Assembly (NCBI RefSeq): GCF_000002075.1 | Contig: NW_004797379.1 | Location: 697,105-761,104, forward strand | DNA length: 64,000 nt | Direction of reading: 5' to 3' | Source of the DNA: Aplysia californica | Lineage: Eukaryota | Shown: piece after piece, positions 1 to 12,174 of the stretch | Position numbering within the stretch: the first letter of the stretch is position 1 | Layout: each line of letters begins with the position of its first letter | The notes under the pieces: model-generated | The model's database searches: none | The model's input: the letters and a program-made list of their open reading frames with translations, nothing else | Told to the model about the DNA's origin: nothing | Made by a program: the position numbers and the translations under genes

Positions 1-67
1 GGTGATTGACTTTTGCAAAATAATAATATGTGGTATTTTTGTGTGAGTGGGCAATAACTGCTACACA

Positions 68-1261
68 TCAGTGTGCAATGCTTTGTGTGTGTGTGATGTT
101 ATCAACGCCTGGCGCTTTGTTGGTGGGGCCCTTCTTTATAACATGTTGGGTTTCACTCAGCAGTGTTGATGGTTCTGGAGTGGTTTCTGTCAGTAAGAAG
201 CTATTTGGTGTTGTTTCTCCTGTAGGGTTCAGCAGCTCCTGGAAATAGCGTTTCCATCTTTCCTTAATCTTTGGCTTTCTGAAAATAGGGTTTCCGTTCT
301 CATCATTGACAATTTCAGTTGAGTTGAATGGTTCTTCCCACATCCTCATACTTTTAACGCTCTTGTAAAACTCTCTGGGGTCTTCTTTACATTTTGTTAC
401 CAGCTGTTCTTCATATACTGTCCAGGATCTGTCCTTAGCTTCTTGCACTACGCTTGTTGTTTGGCGGCGCTCCTTCCTATATAGGATGTGATCTTCCTCT
501 GTCTTTGATTTCTACCACTTTGTGAATGCCTTTTCCTTCAGTTTGATGGCTTCCTTTACTTGGTCATTCCACCGTATAGTTGTTTTCCTTTTCTGCCCTC
601 CTGTTTTCCTGGTGCCACACTCTTCTTTTAATGCTCTGTTCACACGTGCTTTGAAGTGGCTCCATTCCTCTTCAATGTCTCCCGGTTGTTTGGGCAATTT
701 GTGAAATACGTGTGTCATACGTTCATGTATCTTATCTTTGGTATCGTCATTTATGTGTCTGGGAATCACTTCTTCTCGTCGTTTCCTTGCTTCTGGTCTT
801 TTCCTGTTTGGTGTGTCGATAGTCATGATGACTGGTCTGTGGTCAGTGCCTGTGATGTAGTCGGGTATCACTCATGAGTCTCTGATGTTTCTCAGTTTCG
901 ATCTTTAGGAAAGGATATAATCAATTTGAGATGCTGTCTTTTGGTCATTCCATTTGTACCAAGTTTCAACTTGACCCCTTTTGTGTTGGAAGAAGGAGGT
1001 ATTTGATATGACGAGGCCATATTCTGCGCATAACTGTAATAGCATTTGTCCATTGCTGTTTTGATCTGTTTCTCTGTCACTGTGTGGTCCCATGTATCTC
1101 TCTCGCGTCGGCTTCCTAGTTCCCACTCTGCCGTTAAAGTCCCCCATGATTGTCACATTGTCTTTGTCATCCACGGTGTTTAAAAGCTCACTCAGTTGAT
1201 CATAGACCTATTGTCGCTTTTCTTCAGGGTATGAGTCATTGCATGGTGCATATATCTGTGT

Positions 1262-1316
<55 letters not shown>

Positions 1317-1600
1317 CTTTACATCTGTTACGCATTTTGCTCTTCCTGGGTGAACAATAAATACCCACTCCATGTTTTGCGCTCTCCATTCCTTTCGTTC
1401 CGCTCCAAAGTAAGATGTAGTTCCTGTACCTGTTTGCTGTTGGGCTTCCTTTTCCTGACATTGACATCAGCAATACCCAGGATCTCAATCGCTCTAGCTT
1501 CCATGAAATCAATGAATTGTGGTTTCTTGTCTCCTAACCCGCATACATTCCATGTTCCAATTATCGTTGTTGTATCTCGTGTCCGTTTTACTTTTCTATT
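68..1600 (-). mobile_element. Degenerate RTE-clade LINE fragment (APE endonuclease plus linker, ends before the RT domain)
   Basis: Frameshifted minus-strand pieces carry GTWNV, GVGI, IMGDFNGRVG, NGQMLLQLC..N, SQIDYIL, TDHRPV, RWKRYFQELLN and NKAPGVDNI, the motif series of RTE ORF endonucleases; a (TAGA)n run at 1262-1316 interrupts it. Confidence 0.85.
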
Positions 1601-2166
1601 CCTTTTTCCGTTACAGTATGTCCGTTTCCTTTCCTCCTTTCTTTTGTTTTTAGCAGTTTTTAAAAAAATCTATTACAGGCTTGCTAGGCCCGTGGTAGAT
1701 TTACCAGAGCCCCGACGGCTGGCCAGCGACGTTTCAGGGTGACCCGGGTTGACCTTCACGGCTAGCGTAGCGCCTCCGTGGCAAAAAGTCCCACCGCACT
1801 TCACCCAAACTCAGCAATCCCCTACGTTGTCCTGTTTCCGTCTCCCTCGGCGTGGACGGGGGGTTGGATTTTGTCACACTCCTAATAACCTTATCCAATA
1901 TTAGCTACAGGTAGAAAACTCAACTCACATCCTCCTCCTCCTCCTTTTCCTCCTCCTTTTCCTCCTCCTCCTCCTCCTCTTGTTCTTCTTCTTCTTATGC
2001 TTCTTCTTCTTGTCCTTCTAATCTTCCATCTCCTCCTACTCTTTCTTCTATCCTTCTCCTCCTTTCTCACCTCCTTCTGAAGAGCAGGAGGAAAAGGAGA
2101 AGTGTTGGTGGATCGACCGGGGAGGTAGGATGTATAGTGGGAAGGGGGGGCAGGTTGAAATGAGCG

Positions 2167-3557
2167 TTACTGCTTCACGTTAAATAAATTCACTAAGGGG
2201 TTTACCAGTACTCCCTCCAGGCTTTGGCCTATATCGGCCGGACTTCTGGAGTGAGGCAATGTCAGTAACCGTGTTTCTCCATCCATCTCGAAGCGACAAT
2301 TGACAGGCGCCCCAGAACTTCCAACACAAGTCGGAAGAGAGTACTTGGCTTTATAGAACACACTACAACGTTGGCCTAAGATTCCAAATTCTAGCTCAAG
2401 CTTCTTGGAGATGATTTCCTTATCCAATTCCCACTGTCGCTTGACGAAATTGTCCTGAAAGTTTTGGTCAGAAACCGACTGGGGGATTTGGATGTTTTCG
2501 GAAGCTTCTGGTGCACTGTTTGCTGCGGCAGCTTGTGGGGCGGTCGCCGGGTTACTCTCTCCCAGAATGTACTCGTTGTCTTCAAACATCTCCAAGAATG
2601 TTTCAGTTGTCACTCTTAGACGGTCCTTGAGCTGCTCATTGATGTCCATCACTTCGTCGTCGCTGGGGCATTTTAAAAGACCTTTGTTGACGAGATGCTT
2701 CATTATAATCCTCCTCTGCTCTGACGGGGAAATTCCCAGACGGGAAGTTTCAGTGATAGTATTCGTGAGCTTAGAGCAATACATAGTGTAGTAGAGAACT
2801 TTCTTTTCTTCGAATAGTAAAAGAGATGTTTCAATGTCACTCAAAAACGGAAGAAAGTCATCACGCAAGCCAGGATTTAGATCAAGTCCCTCCAATTCTT
2901 TCTTTGTTTTCAGTGACCCAAAGGTGACCCTCTTGGCAACGCCATGCGGGTGCGACACGCAGATAGCAAGGTTAGAAATCGGACCCAAATCCACGTTAAA
3001 CGGTCTAATACGTTCCTTTAAATCCGGAAAGTGACGTCTACTGAGCTGAGCATAAAACACCATCTTATCCCTTTCTTCCATCCTCATCCGTTGCCTGTCT
3101 CCCCTAGCTCGAATGACGCTGGATCTGTCTGAATCTCTGTCGTAAAACAACTCCACGGTTGTTTCTTTGATTTCCTCTTCATCATATACCACGTGAACAG
3201 CTGTGGTAACGATTATCTCTATTTGATCGCTTTTAGAGTCTTGTTGGTACCTCATGTAAACCTCCCCACTTCCACAGCGGGGCGTCTTCTTTCCTTTCAA
3301 GGTCGTCCAGCCGAATTCATCCGGCCTGTCTGGTGACGTATAACGAACGATCAGTTTCACGGTGCGATTGGCTAAACACTTGACGTACTCCAGAATGTCT
3401 GGGCGTCTATACCCCTCAGGAAGGCGCTGCAAATCTAGGTCATGCAGAGGAATGAAGTCGTGGTGGCCTGGGTATTTCTTGCACTTCTTGAGGAGCAGTT
3501 GGTCAAATCCTTCTCCCTGGGCCCCTTCGAGGGCCAAATCCATTTCGCATGCTGCGC
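2167..3557 (-). CDS. Protease gene exon 3 (catalytic domain to stop)
   Basis: Long open frame; acceptor ttctttgttgtatactttcgtag at 3558; TAA at 2167. Confidence 0.9.
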
Positions 3558-4086
3558 CTACGAAAGTATACAACAAAGAAGTTTGGTGGGGGGGGGGTTT
3601 ATAGTAGAGGGTTTTACGGCGCTCGCAACTGCATAAGGTCATACGAGCGCCAAGGGGTGGGTGTNNNNNNNNNNNNNNNNNNNNNNNNNNNNNNNNNNNN
3701 NNNNNNNNNNNNNNNNNNNNNNNNNNNNNNNNNNNNNNNNNNNNNNNNNNNNNNNNNNNNNNNNNNNNNNNNNNNNNNNNNNNNNNNNNNNNNNNNNNNN
3801 NNNNNNNNNNNNNNNNNNNNNNNNNNNNNNNNNNNNNNNNNNNNNNNNNNNNNNNNNNNNNNNNNNNNNNNNNNNNNNNNNNNNNNNNNNNNNNNNNNNN
3901 NNNNTACAATTCTACTATGCTTGAACGAGAAATGTCCCCCCTTTGGGAATGGCCAAAAGACACTTCAGTTAGTGGCACTGCCCCGGGGGAAGACAAAGAA
4001 GTTTGAGTAAAGAGAAAGAAATAGACCCCAATAATAAAGGTCATTAATTATTGTTGTCAAAGAGCAGGATCGACGTTCATTAGTGT

Positions 4087-4140
<54 letters not shown>

Positions 4141-7100
4141 CATCATCGCGTGTAAATATACACACGTGTATGATGACAATAAATGGGGCAAACCAATCAA
4201 AACAATAACTCAGCGTCTAGTCAATCGACATGCTGACCTCTAAGAGTTAATTAAGTCACTGAGTTGCGACGCGACGCGGTGTAATCGGGCCCTCGTCAAT
4301 TTTTGGGCATATGGAGTTATTGGTATCATCTTAAACCTGTTTATTTGCCTTGCTTTAGATGAATAAAATACCCATCGATCATGTATAGACGTAGATATTT
4401 TTTTTTAGATTGTAAGAGTTGGGGGTCCCTTGTGGGAGGGAAAAAATTAGCGAGAAAATGGCTGCTAAAATTTGGTGATTTCTACAGATTGGGAGGCCAC
4501 TATCAGAAACTGTAAATAACGTACATTTTGTGTTCCTTTGATCAACGTTTTTCAGTAAAAGCCACACAAAAATGGTTTTAAACGGACAAAACCAATGTTG
4601 AGCCAAAGGGAAAAAATTCATTAAAATGTTAAAGCCCAATGGGCGGGGAAAATACCGATTTCATAGACTTTATTATTTTGACGAGCGCCTGATTTCACTA
4701 CGACGACTCACAATTAGGCATATAGCAAAGACAGCTTGGAGTATGTGTGTGTGTATTATAATTGAAGTTTCTAATCCAACGCTCTTATAAACGACCTTGA
4801 GTTTCCCTTGCCATCTCAGCGAACTCAGCCCAGCTTTCTTGATCCATCATTCTGAAGAAAAAAAGAAAGAAAAAAATAGTAGATCTTAGTATCTTCTGTC
4901 TTACTATATGACATTATGCAGTTGCGAGCGCCGTAAAACATTCACCAAAAAAAGGCAGAAAAAAAGACAAGATTGACACAGCACACTGGCCTTGAAATTA
5001 CTTCATGGGCAAAGACAAGACAGTCATTTCGAAAGCACAGCACAGTACGTACAGGCAGCATTCAAGAGATGAGAGTGTCACGCTGAGTGTGTGGTCAGAA
5101 GGCAAGGTCGCTTCAATGCTTTTAGTTTTAGGACAGACAGTCGCGTACTAGGCTGTGTCATTGCAAGGCATAGATCTATAAGTTATAGCATAACACTGCC
5201 GCAAAAAAGCGATTGCTGTTTGTGAAATTGTTAACACATAATTGCACTGCATGATGTAGGTCTAAGCATTTAGAAATCGAGTCTACATGTGTTGTTTTTG
5301 TTTAGTAGAGGTTCTACGCACGGCGCTCGCAACTGCATACCTGTCCCCGTCGTTTTATGCAAGAAAAATTCTGAAATTATACAAACTGAGCCCAAAGATG
5401 TGAAATTATGCGATTCTGTTAATTTTTTACAAAGAATGATAAAGGAAAAAATCAGAAATTATGCAAAAAATGATCAAATTTTGCTAAATTATGCGGGGTG
5501 CATAAAACCACGGGGACAGGCATACGGTCAAGTGAGCGCCATAAGGAGTGGATGTGAACAGAGAAGTCTTTACAGGGACTCAGACTTAATATGCTCATCT
5601 CTCTAGCCTCAACAGCACAAAGTCTGCTTCGACTATCAAGGCACCCCAGAAATACCGGGTCACAAGAGTGGGACAAACATACAAAAGAAGTAGAGGGAAA
5701 ATGACGATAGTAAGCATTAGGAAAGAAAAAGCAGCAGTTCCCTGTTGCAGTTCAGGCACAGTTATGAGCGTGACATTGATGAATCAGTCCAATTACACTT
5801 ACAATTCTACTGTGCAAAAGAACTCGAGATGTTAATGCCCCCCCCCCCCCCACCCCCTTTGAGAATGGTCTACACTTCAGTCAGTAACACCGCCCCCGTG
5901 GGGGAGGGGGGGAGGGGGGAGGGGGGAGAGGGGGGAGGTTAGTCTACATGTGTGTGGATATATTGTATTTCCCTGTCGACAAAATGTTAGTGTTACACAA
6001 ATATTTTCAAGTGGTAAAATAAAGTTGCCTAGCTTTTCAGGTTTATTTCACTCTTACGCAATATATAGTCAGTATTCCTTCCTCAACCTCTTGTGTGTTT
6101 TTGTTGTTTTATTCATGAGTCCCTTTCCTTCTTTTTTAAGAGGGGGGGGGGGGGCTACAGCTGATTGCTTTATCTCGCTTATTAGTTGACCAAATGCTAC
6201 CAAAATTCACACATATAACAAGCATAGTCAGGAGTCTTAAAATCAGCAAGCAAATTTGAGAAAAAAGTTTCGATTCCATGGATACGGCGGCCATATTGGA
6301 TTTCGTTGACACATCTTACGTAATTAATACCACATGCACTTATTTTTCATGGAAATAAATTGGGGGATTTTTTTTTTGCATGCATCTTAACAAACCATAC
6401 ATCTACAAATCTGTGTGATGAAATAGTTGTAAGAGAGGCTGAAGAAGCTAAAAATGCCCACAACGTGAAATCCATAGTTTTGAGCCGAATCGGGACTTTC
6501 AGCCGTAGCCCCTCCCCCACTAAAGGTTTCCCCACCCACGCCGTGACGACAGACCGGGAATACCCGATAAGACTTGCCTCCGCGGAAACTTCACAAACAG
6601 CTATTTTTAGATTCTTAGTCATTTTTCAATGGCAAATCATAATCATGTACAGCATACAATAAATAGAAGAAGCACTGTTATCTTTGTTCATTGCTTGTTT
6701 TTACGATTTATCTCTTGACAACTATATAGTTTTAAATGGCCCTTAAAATTAATATAAAACTCGCTTTCTTTGTCTAAAAAGGTTTGATAATCTTGCGTCA
6801 CCCCAACGATATCTGTAATATTCCACGAATGCTGAATTACAGAAAGTTTTATTTACAAAGAGAGACCAACTCAACTTTAAGATGGGATGGAAAATACCAG
6901 CGGTCATAATAGTTTAGTTAGTTCCGTTTGAGTAAAGTGAAGCACGTTAAAGGACACTTTAATTATTATGGTCTTGTCAGGGACTAGTCTAGATCTATAA
7001 CGTACAGAGGATAAGACGAAGACAGAGCAAGATAGAAACAACAGTGGGGAAGAAACAAACTAAACCTAATGTATCAGAGGCGTCCCTCATCCAGGCGCAG

Positions 7101-7266
7101 CCGTTTGTAAAACGTCGTTCCGCTCAAGATAAAACAAACACTATTTAGCGACAAGAATTAGATCTAGATTAGATCTAGATCTAGACGACAGCGCAAACTG
7201 AACTTACCCTTCGTTTGGGGGGTCTTCCTGCTCAGACGCAGACCCAGATCTAGCTGCATCCGACAT
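2167..7266 (-). CDS. FAM111-like / trypsin-2-type serine protease, 3 exons, ~501 aa
   Basis: Exons 7266-7208 (59 nt), 4851-4796 (56 nt) and 3557-2167 (1391 nt) have GT-AG boundaries and matching phases (2, then 1), 1506 nt in total. Motifs: TTAVHVVYD (His), ERDK (candidate Asp), CVSHPHG, YSLPTCVGSSGAPV (Ser). Confidence 0.75.
3601..3990 (-). mobile_element. Short retroposon, body B (~330-390 bp); other copies 5301-5900, 8531-8915, 26640-27010, 29415-29875 (-) and 48396-48548 (+)
   Basis: Shared body ending in the tail GGCGCTCATATGACCTTATGCAGTTGCGAGCGCCGTAAAACCTCTACT; partly in an N gap here. Confidence 0.8.
4796..4851 (-). CDS. Protease gene exon 2 (MMDQESWAEFAEMARETQ)
   Basis: Strong polypyrimidine tract plus CAG acceptor, donor GTCGTT, phases fit both neighbours. 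Confidence 0.7.
5341..5519. mobile_element. MITE with ~21-bp TIRs (CTGTCCCCGT...) and 6-bp TSD; copies 7904-8087, 14709-14889, 47462-47640
   Basis: TIRs ctgtccccgtcgttttatgca / tgcataaaaccacggggacag; TSD gcatac here, aacagc/gacagc at 14709 and atgaaa at 47462. Confidence 0.9.
7208..7266 (-). CDS. Protease gene exon 1 (MSDAARSGSASEQEDPPNEG)
   Basis: ATG at 7266, donor GTAAGT at 7207, TATA-like box upstream. Confidence 0.65.
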
Positions 7267-7372
7267 CGTGGCAAACACAACTTGTAGTTGTAGAAGTCTT
7301 GCTCAAAATCAGTGGAGATCGAGGGTGGTTATATTGTATACAGGTGCCACTGCAAGACACGTCCTACTACTT

Positions 7373-7531
7373 CTATATATCCACGTGTTGTTACGGTTCA
7401 AATATGTCTAACTCCCTGCATCAAATTATGACCGGTGTGTCAATGTGGCACTTCATTTTCCTGACTTTCCTCAAGCAACACAACTGACTTGGCTATGTGA
7501 ACACTGAACGCAAAGCCAAGCGGGAAATCCC
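7373..7531 (-). promoter_or_regulatory. Putative protease-gene promoter: TATA-like box and NF-kappaB site
   Basis: TATATAG at 7379-7373 (minus), ~110 bp upstream of the ATG; GGGAAATCCC at 7522-7531 matches GGGRNWYYCC. Confidence 0.5.
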
Positions 7532-9083
7532 ACACATTTATTTTTAGACACATATGTTGCTTCACTGTCACAAAACCGGTTTCTGGTGTTCGAAAAATTT
7601 GCTCTTTCTAGATCTAGATCTAGATCTAGTAATATTGTGAGAAAGAATCTTCAGGGCTATAAATCGAAGAGAAAGGTTCAGACACTACACCCACACACAC
7701 TGTACATATTACTGTAAAGCTGTTAATAACAGAACAAAATGACTTTTTCCCCCCAGTTTGTTGTTGTTGTTGTTTCTTCATCGATCCCTCATCTGCACTC
7801 AATGTTTCACACGTCGAACCAAAGATTCTCTCTTTGGTCGAACGTCTGGGCACGGATCAAAACCAGTGATTGGTCTGGGACGAGACGTGCTTTTTTATTT
7901 TGGCAGTCCCCGTGGTTTTATGCACCCCGCATAATTTAGCAAAATTTGATTATTTTTTGCACAATTTATCATTATTATTTTCCTTTATCATTCTTTGCTA
8001 GAATTAACAGAATCGCACAATTTCACTATTTTGGACTCAGTTTGCATAATTTCAGTAATTTTTTTTTTCACAAAACTGCGGGGACAGATTTAAGGTCGTC
8101 TCGGTCTCCGATCAAAAGAAGAGTCTGAGGCAACCAAGGGAAAGTACTTTGAAAATGACCACGACATGAACAGTATCTATGATTCCCTCCCTTTAAAAAT
8201 AAACTGCACCGCAGCCCCTCCCTCTTTGCATCCCACCCGAGCTACCGTACTGGTGATGCTTAAACTTAAGGATCCGGAAAATACAGGGGTTTTTTCTTTT
8301 TTCTCCCCCTTTCTTTTTTTCTTTCTTTTCTTTTTTTTCTTTTTTTTTAGAGCTTATTGCCACAGGACTGTATCATCTGCATCATATCTCAGGTTACTGA
8401 TATTGCAGCCCCCATCAGCGACTCCCCGTAAGTCTTGAGATTCTCTAGAAATAAAAGAGTTTTATGACTCATGAAACACAATTTATACGTTTATATTATT
8501 AGAGGTGTTATTAGAGTTATATTTATTTTATATAGTAGAGGGTTTTATGGCGCTCACAACTGCATAAGGTCATATGAGCGCCAAGAGGTGGGTGTCAACA
8601 GAGAAGTCTTTACAGGGAATCAGACTTAGACTGCTCACCTCTCTAGCTTCAACAGCACAAGGTCTGCTTCGACTATCAAGGCACCCAAAATAGCAGGTCA
8701 CAAGAGAGTGACAAACATACAAAAGAAGAAGAGGAAAATGACAATAGTAAGGACCAGGAAAGAAAAGGCAGCAGTTCCCTGTTGTAGATCAGGCACAGTT
8801 ATGAGCGTGACATGAGTCAGCCCATTTACAATTTTACTATCCTTGAACGAGAAATGTCCCCCTTTGGGAATGGCCTAAAGACACTTCAGTCCGTGGCACT
8901 GCCCCGGGGGGGGGGGGGGGGGTTTAGAGTTAGAGAGTAACATACAACAAAGAAAAGGCAGAGGAGAGATGAAGTCAATAGATGTTTGATAGGAAAGTAG
9001 CTATGGTACTGTCATAATCACCATCAAGTGCCAGATCTGAAATAGACACTGGCATTCATGGTGTGCCACTCAATACTCTTTTG

Positions 9084-9263
9084 TTTTAGTAAGAGTTTTA
9101 CGACACTTGCAACACAATAAGGTCATATATAAGTGCCGAAGAATAGATTATGTGTTACAAAAGAGTAATATACACAAAAAAGAAGGAGGGGAGATAAGGA
9201 CTACCGATGTTTGATAGGAAAGAATGAGCAAACCACACCAGAGCATCCGCCAACCACCCACAC
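9084..9263 (-). mobile_element. Short retroposon, body A (~180 bp), representative copy; ~30 copies or fragments in the window
   Basis: Consensus GTGGGTGGTTGGCGGGTGCTCTGGTGTGGTTTGC...TTCGGCACTTATATGACCTTATTGTGTTGCAAGTGCCGTAAAACTCTT(ACTAAA)n. Minus copies include 15071, 16031, 20946, 22410, 23731-24484, 27116-27692, 31735, 34721; plus copies include 9426, 35085, 44229, 45828, 50192, 52815, 55084, 55860, 56238-56685, 59406-61510. Confidence 0.9.
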
Positions 9264-9777
9264 TCAATTCTCTGATGGGGTGCTCTAAAAGAAAACTATA
9301 AATAATCATCCTGAACCTTACCCGTCGCCCATTAGTTTAAGTTCCCTGTCCAGTCGTTTCTGGTTCACCTGTGCCTCTTTTGTCTTTTATTTTTCTAGGG
9401 AAGGGCAAGATGTTCAAAGCTATAAGTGAGTGTTTGGCGGCTGCCCTGGTGTGGTCTGCTCCTTCTTTCCTATCAAACATCTATCGTCCTTTAAATTGAT
9501 CTCTCCTCCTTCTTTTTTGCGTTTGTTACTCTCTTGTAACACCTCGCTATTCTTCGGCCCTTATATGACCTTATTGTGTTGCAAGTGCCGTAAAACTCTT
9601 ACTAAATTTAAAAGCTTTTATGTTGTTCGACCAAGTGTCATAGGAAGTGCTTTCCTCGTATTGTTTTTTATTAGTAAGTGTCCCACGCGGGCCTGGCATG
9701 GTACATTATGAAAACTTAACGACACAATCAAACAACAGTGTGATATAAAACAGGTTGGGTTTTTTTAATCCAAATAT

Positions 9778-9783
9778 TTTATT
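9778..9783 (-). terminator. Candidate distal polyadenylation signal of ILVBL
   Basis: AATAAA on the minus strand ending a long AT-rich, UTR-like stretch; no transcript evidence. Confidence 0.3.
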
Positions 9784-10309
9784 TAACAAATTTATAAGAA
9801 AAAGACACAATGAGACTTAAGAGTATCAAATCTGTTCAGTCTCAAAGAGCATGACGATTTTCTTTTTGAAGAAAAGGAAGTGGCATTCTCTCCACTGTAT
9901 GACATTTATAATAAGAATAATGTATAGAGTATTTTCTTTACAATATATCTAAATTAAACAAAAAACACACAAAGCAATTTCATTTCCAGTTCTCAGCTAT
10001 CCTGTAGCATAAAACGTATGAAATACCGTAATAACCACTCCAGGTGAGTAAATTTCCTGAGAAACTACAGCGTTCAAAGGTCCAGATAGGGACATTCATT
10101 TACACCCTTTTCATACAAAAGATAGAGAGGAAAATCCTTCTTTGAGAAATATTATAAATGATACAAAAATGATATAAAAACAAGAAGGTATGTCATTCTC
10201 TCAAAAACTAACAAAATCTTTTTACTTTCCAATTATAGGCCTACAATAAATAATATATATTATGTGCCAGTGTAGATACAACAAAGGTAAATCACAACAT
10301 GTCATGGTG

Positions 10310-10664
10310 GAAGAATTATGAAAGGAAAATTCTCCTCCAATTCAACTTTCGAGATAATTTCAACTCTGTGGTAATCAAAGAAGAATTATGAATGGAGAAT
10401 TTTCTCTTCTAATTCAACTTTCGAGATAATTTCAACTCTGTGCTTATTAAAGAAGAATTATGAAAGGAGAATTCTCCTCCAATTCAACTTTCGAGATAAT
10501 TTCAACTCTGTGGTAATCAAAGAAGAATTATGAATGGAGAATTTTCTCTTCTAATTCAACTTTCGAGATAATTTCAACTCTCTATGGTTATCAAAGAAGA
10601 ATTATGAATGGAGAATTCTCCTCCAATTCAACTTTCGAGATAATTTCAACTCTGGGGTTATCAA
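10310..10664. repeat. Minisatellite, ~61-63-bp unit, ~5.5 copies
   Basis: Unit gaagaattatgaa(a/t)ggagaattctcctccaattcaactttcgagataatttcaactctgtggtaatcaaa. Confidence 0.95.
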
Positions 10665-11871
10665 AACAAAGTAAAACCCCACACACCTCGTAGATTGGCG
10701 TAAGTGTCTCCTATATAATTCTTCATATCTCCACTTTGATGAATCTTGATCCAAAAGTCCACGTTAAACATTTCTTTTACATATATAAAAACAACAACTG
10801 GTTGCGGAAAAACAAACATCTATTTCAGTCAGAACTGAACCCTTCTCCAGTTGACAAAACCCTTGAAAAAAATTTTTATTTGTCTTTCCTATGTTCTCAC
10901 TACAATACTTACCTTGGGCTTAGAGCATGTTATATATATTGGATACATGGTGCAAATTTGCGATTGTCCACAGACTCAAACAGCGCGAAACATGTCTATA
11001 GAAGGGCAAGCTGCCCACTGTGATTCAAGAGTATACGAACTACATTAATTAATACGTATAACATTAAACTGGTATTTTTTAAATTTCATAAATTTGAAAA
11101 ACTATTTCAATTTTTTTTTTTTTAATCAGCGAATTCTTTTCGAGGGAGAGAAAGGAGTTCATCTTGAGTTAGTTATTGCTTGAAGAGATAACACGATCAA
11201 CATGTCCGGCAGAAAATGTTCAGAACAGCACGTCAGCATAACGCCAGTCATCTGGTGCTGCAGAAAAGCAAAATAGACAGACAGAATTCCCCCCCCCCCC
11301 ACCAGAAAAACAGTAAAAAATTAGGCTAGGCCTTCTATCTGCAAACCAGTAAACAGCTTAAATGTGATAATAATTGTCTAGAGTATCTGTATAGAAAGTG
11401 CTGGCTCAGCAAATATTCCTAAAATACTAAGCCAAGATTCAATGAGGTAGAAACACAATTCGTGATGAAACAGCCTAAAAAAGTAATCTCCTTCTGCATT
11501 AAAAAGTGAACTCACATTCAAGAAAAACCACAAACTTTGTCTTATTAACAGAAAATATTTTTGCGTTCGCAACATCAATACAGCTGACTACCAGTAAAAA
11601 AAAAATTTTCAGCAGTAACAGTCACTTCAAGATGGCTTCCATCAAATTCACTTCAGGTTTTCCCAAAAGCTAAATAAAACACTTTGTGAGCAAATTCCTA
11701 CATGTGTACTAAGCCCTGAAAGCAAAATTTTCTAGAAGAGAGAGAAAAAAAACTGTTTCATTATTTTGACAGCTGCACCTACATTTGTATCCAATCTTGC
11801 TCTTTTTCACATTTGGAATTTGAATTTCGACAAAAATTTCTTGAGCATATACAACCCATACCACAGATTAA

Positions 11872-12174
11872 CTCCTTATCTCCGGCAAGCTATTCCCAGC
11901 GGCTCGTAGTCAGAACCGCTGTGCCAGTGAGCTAGCTACTAGCAGCGGCTTGGGCACACTCCTTTATGACGACTTTAGACGTCATATTAGTTTTCAGCAA
12001 TTGCCGAAAACAGGTCTCTTTTATCGGAAGTTCATTCATTAGAAGTAGAAGAACTATCTAAATAGGTTCACTTGTTCGGATTTAACGACCAATTAAGTGA
12101 CGTTTATTTCACTTTTAGATCTGTACCAAAAGAGGGCCCCGGCAAAGCGGGTCTCCCCCCTCGGAAATAAAGAG
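11872..12174. mobile_element. piggyBac-like MITE (TTAA TSD)
   Basis: ttaa|ctccttatctccg ... cggaaataaagag|ttaa, 11/13 TIR match. Confidence 0.7.

Noticed and set aside
1760-1890. Possible HDV-like ribozyme at the RTE 5' end (minus strand GTCCAC...GG...GCTGA)
   Set aside because: RTE elements often carry one, but I could not form P1 and P3 helices by eye; it needs an RNArobo or Infernal search.
3558-4044. N-terminal 160 aa of the 625-aa ORF (2167-4044)
   Set aside because: It reads through an N gap and a B-element copy; the real exon starts at the acceptor at 3557.
9430-9711. Recurrent short ORFs of the type [18 protein letters not shown]...[12 protein letters not shown]
   Set aside because: These are translations of element A copies in several frames with frequent indels; there is no evidence of protein-level constraint.
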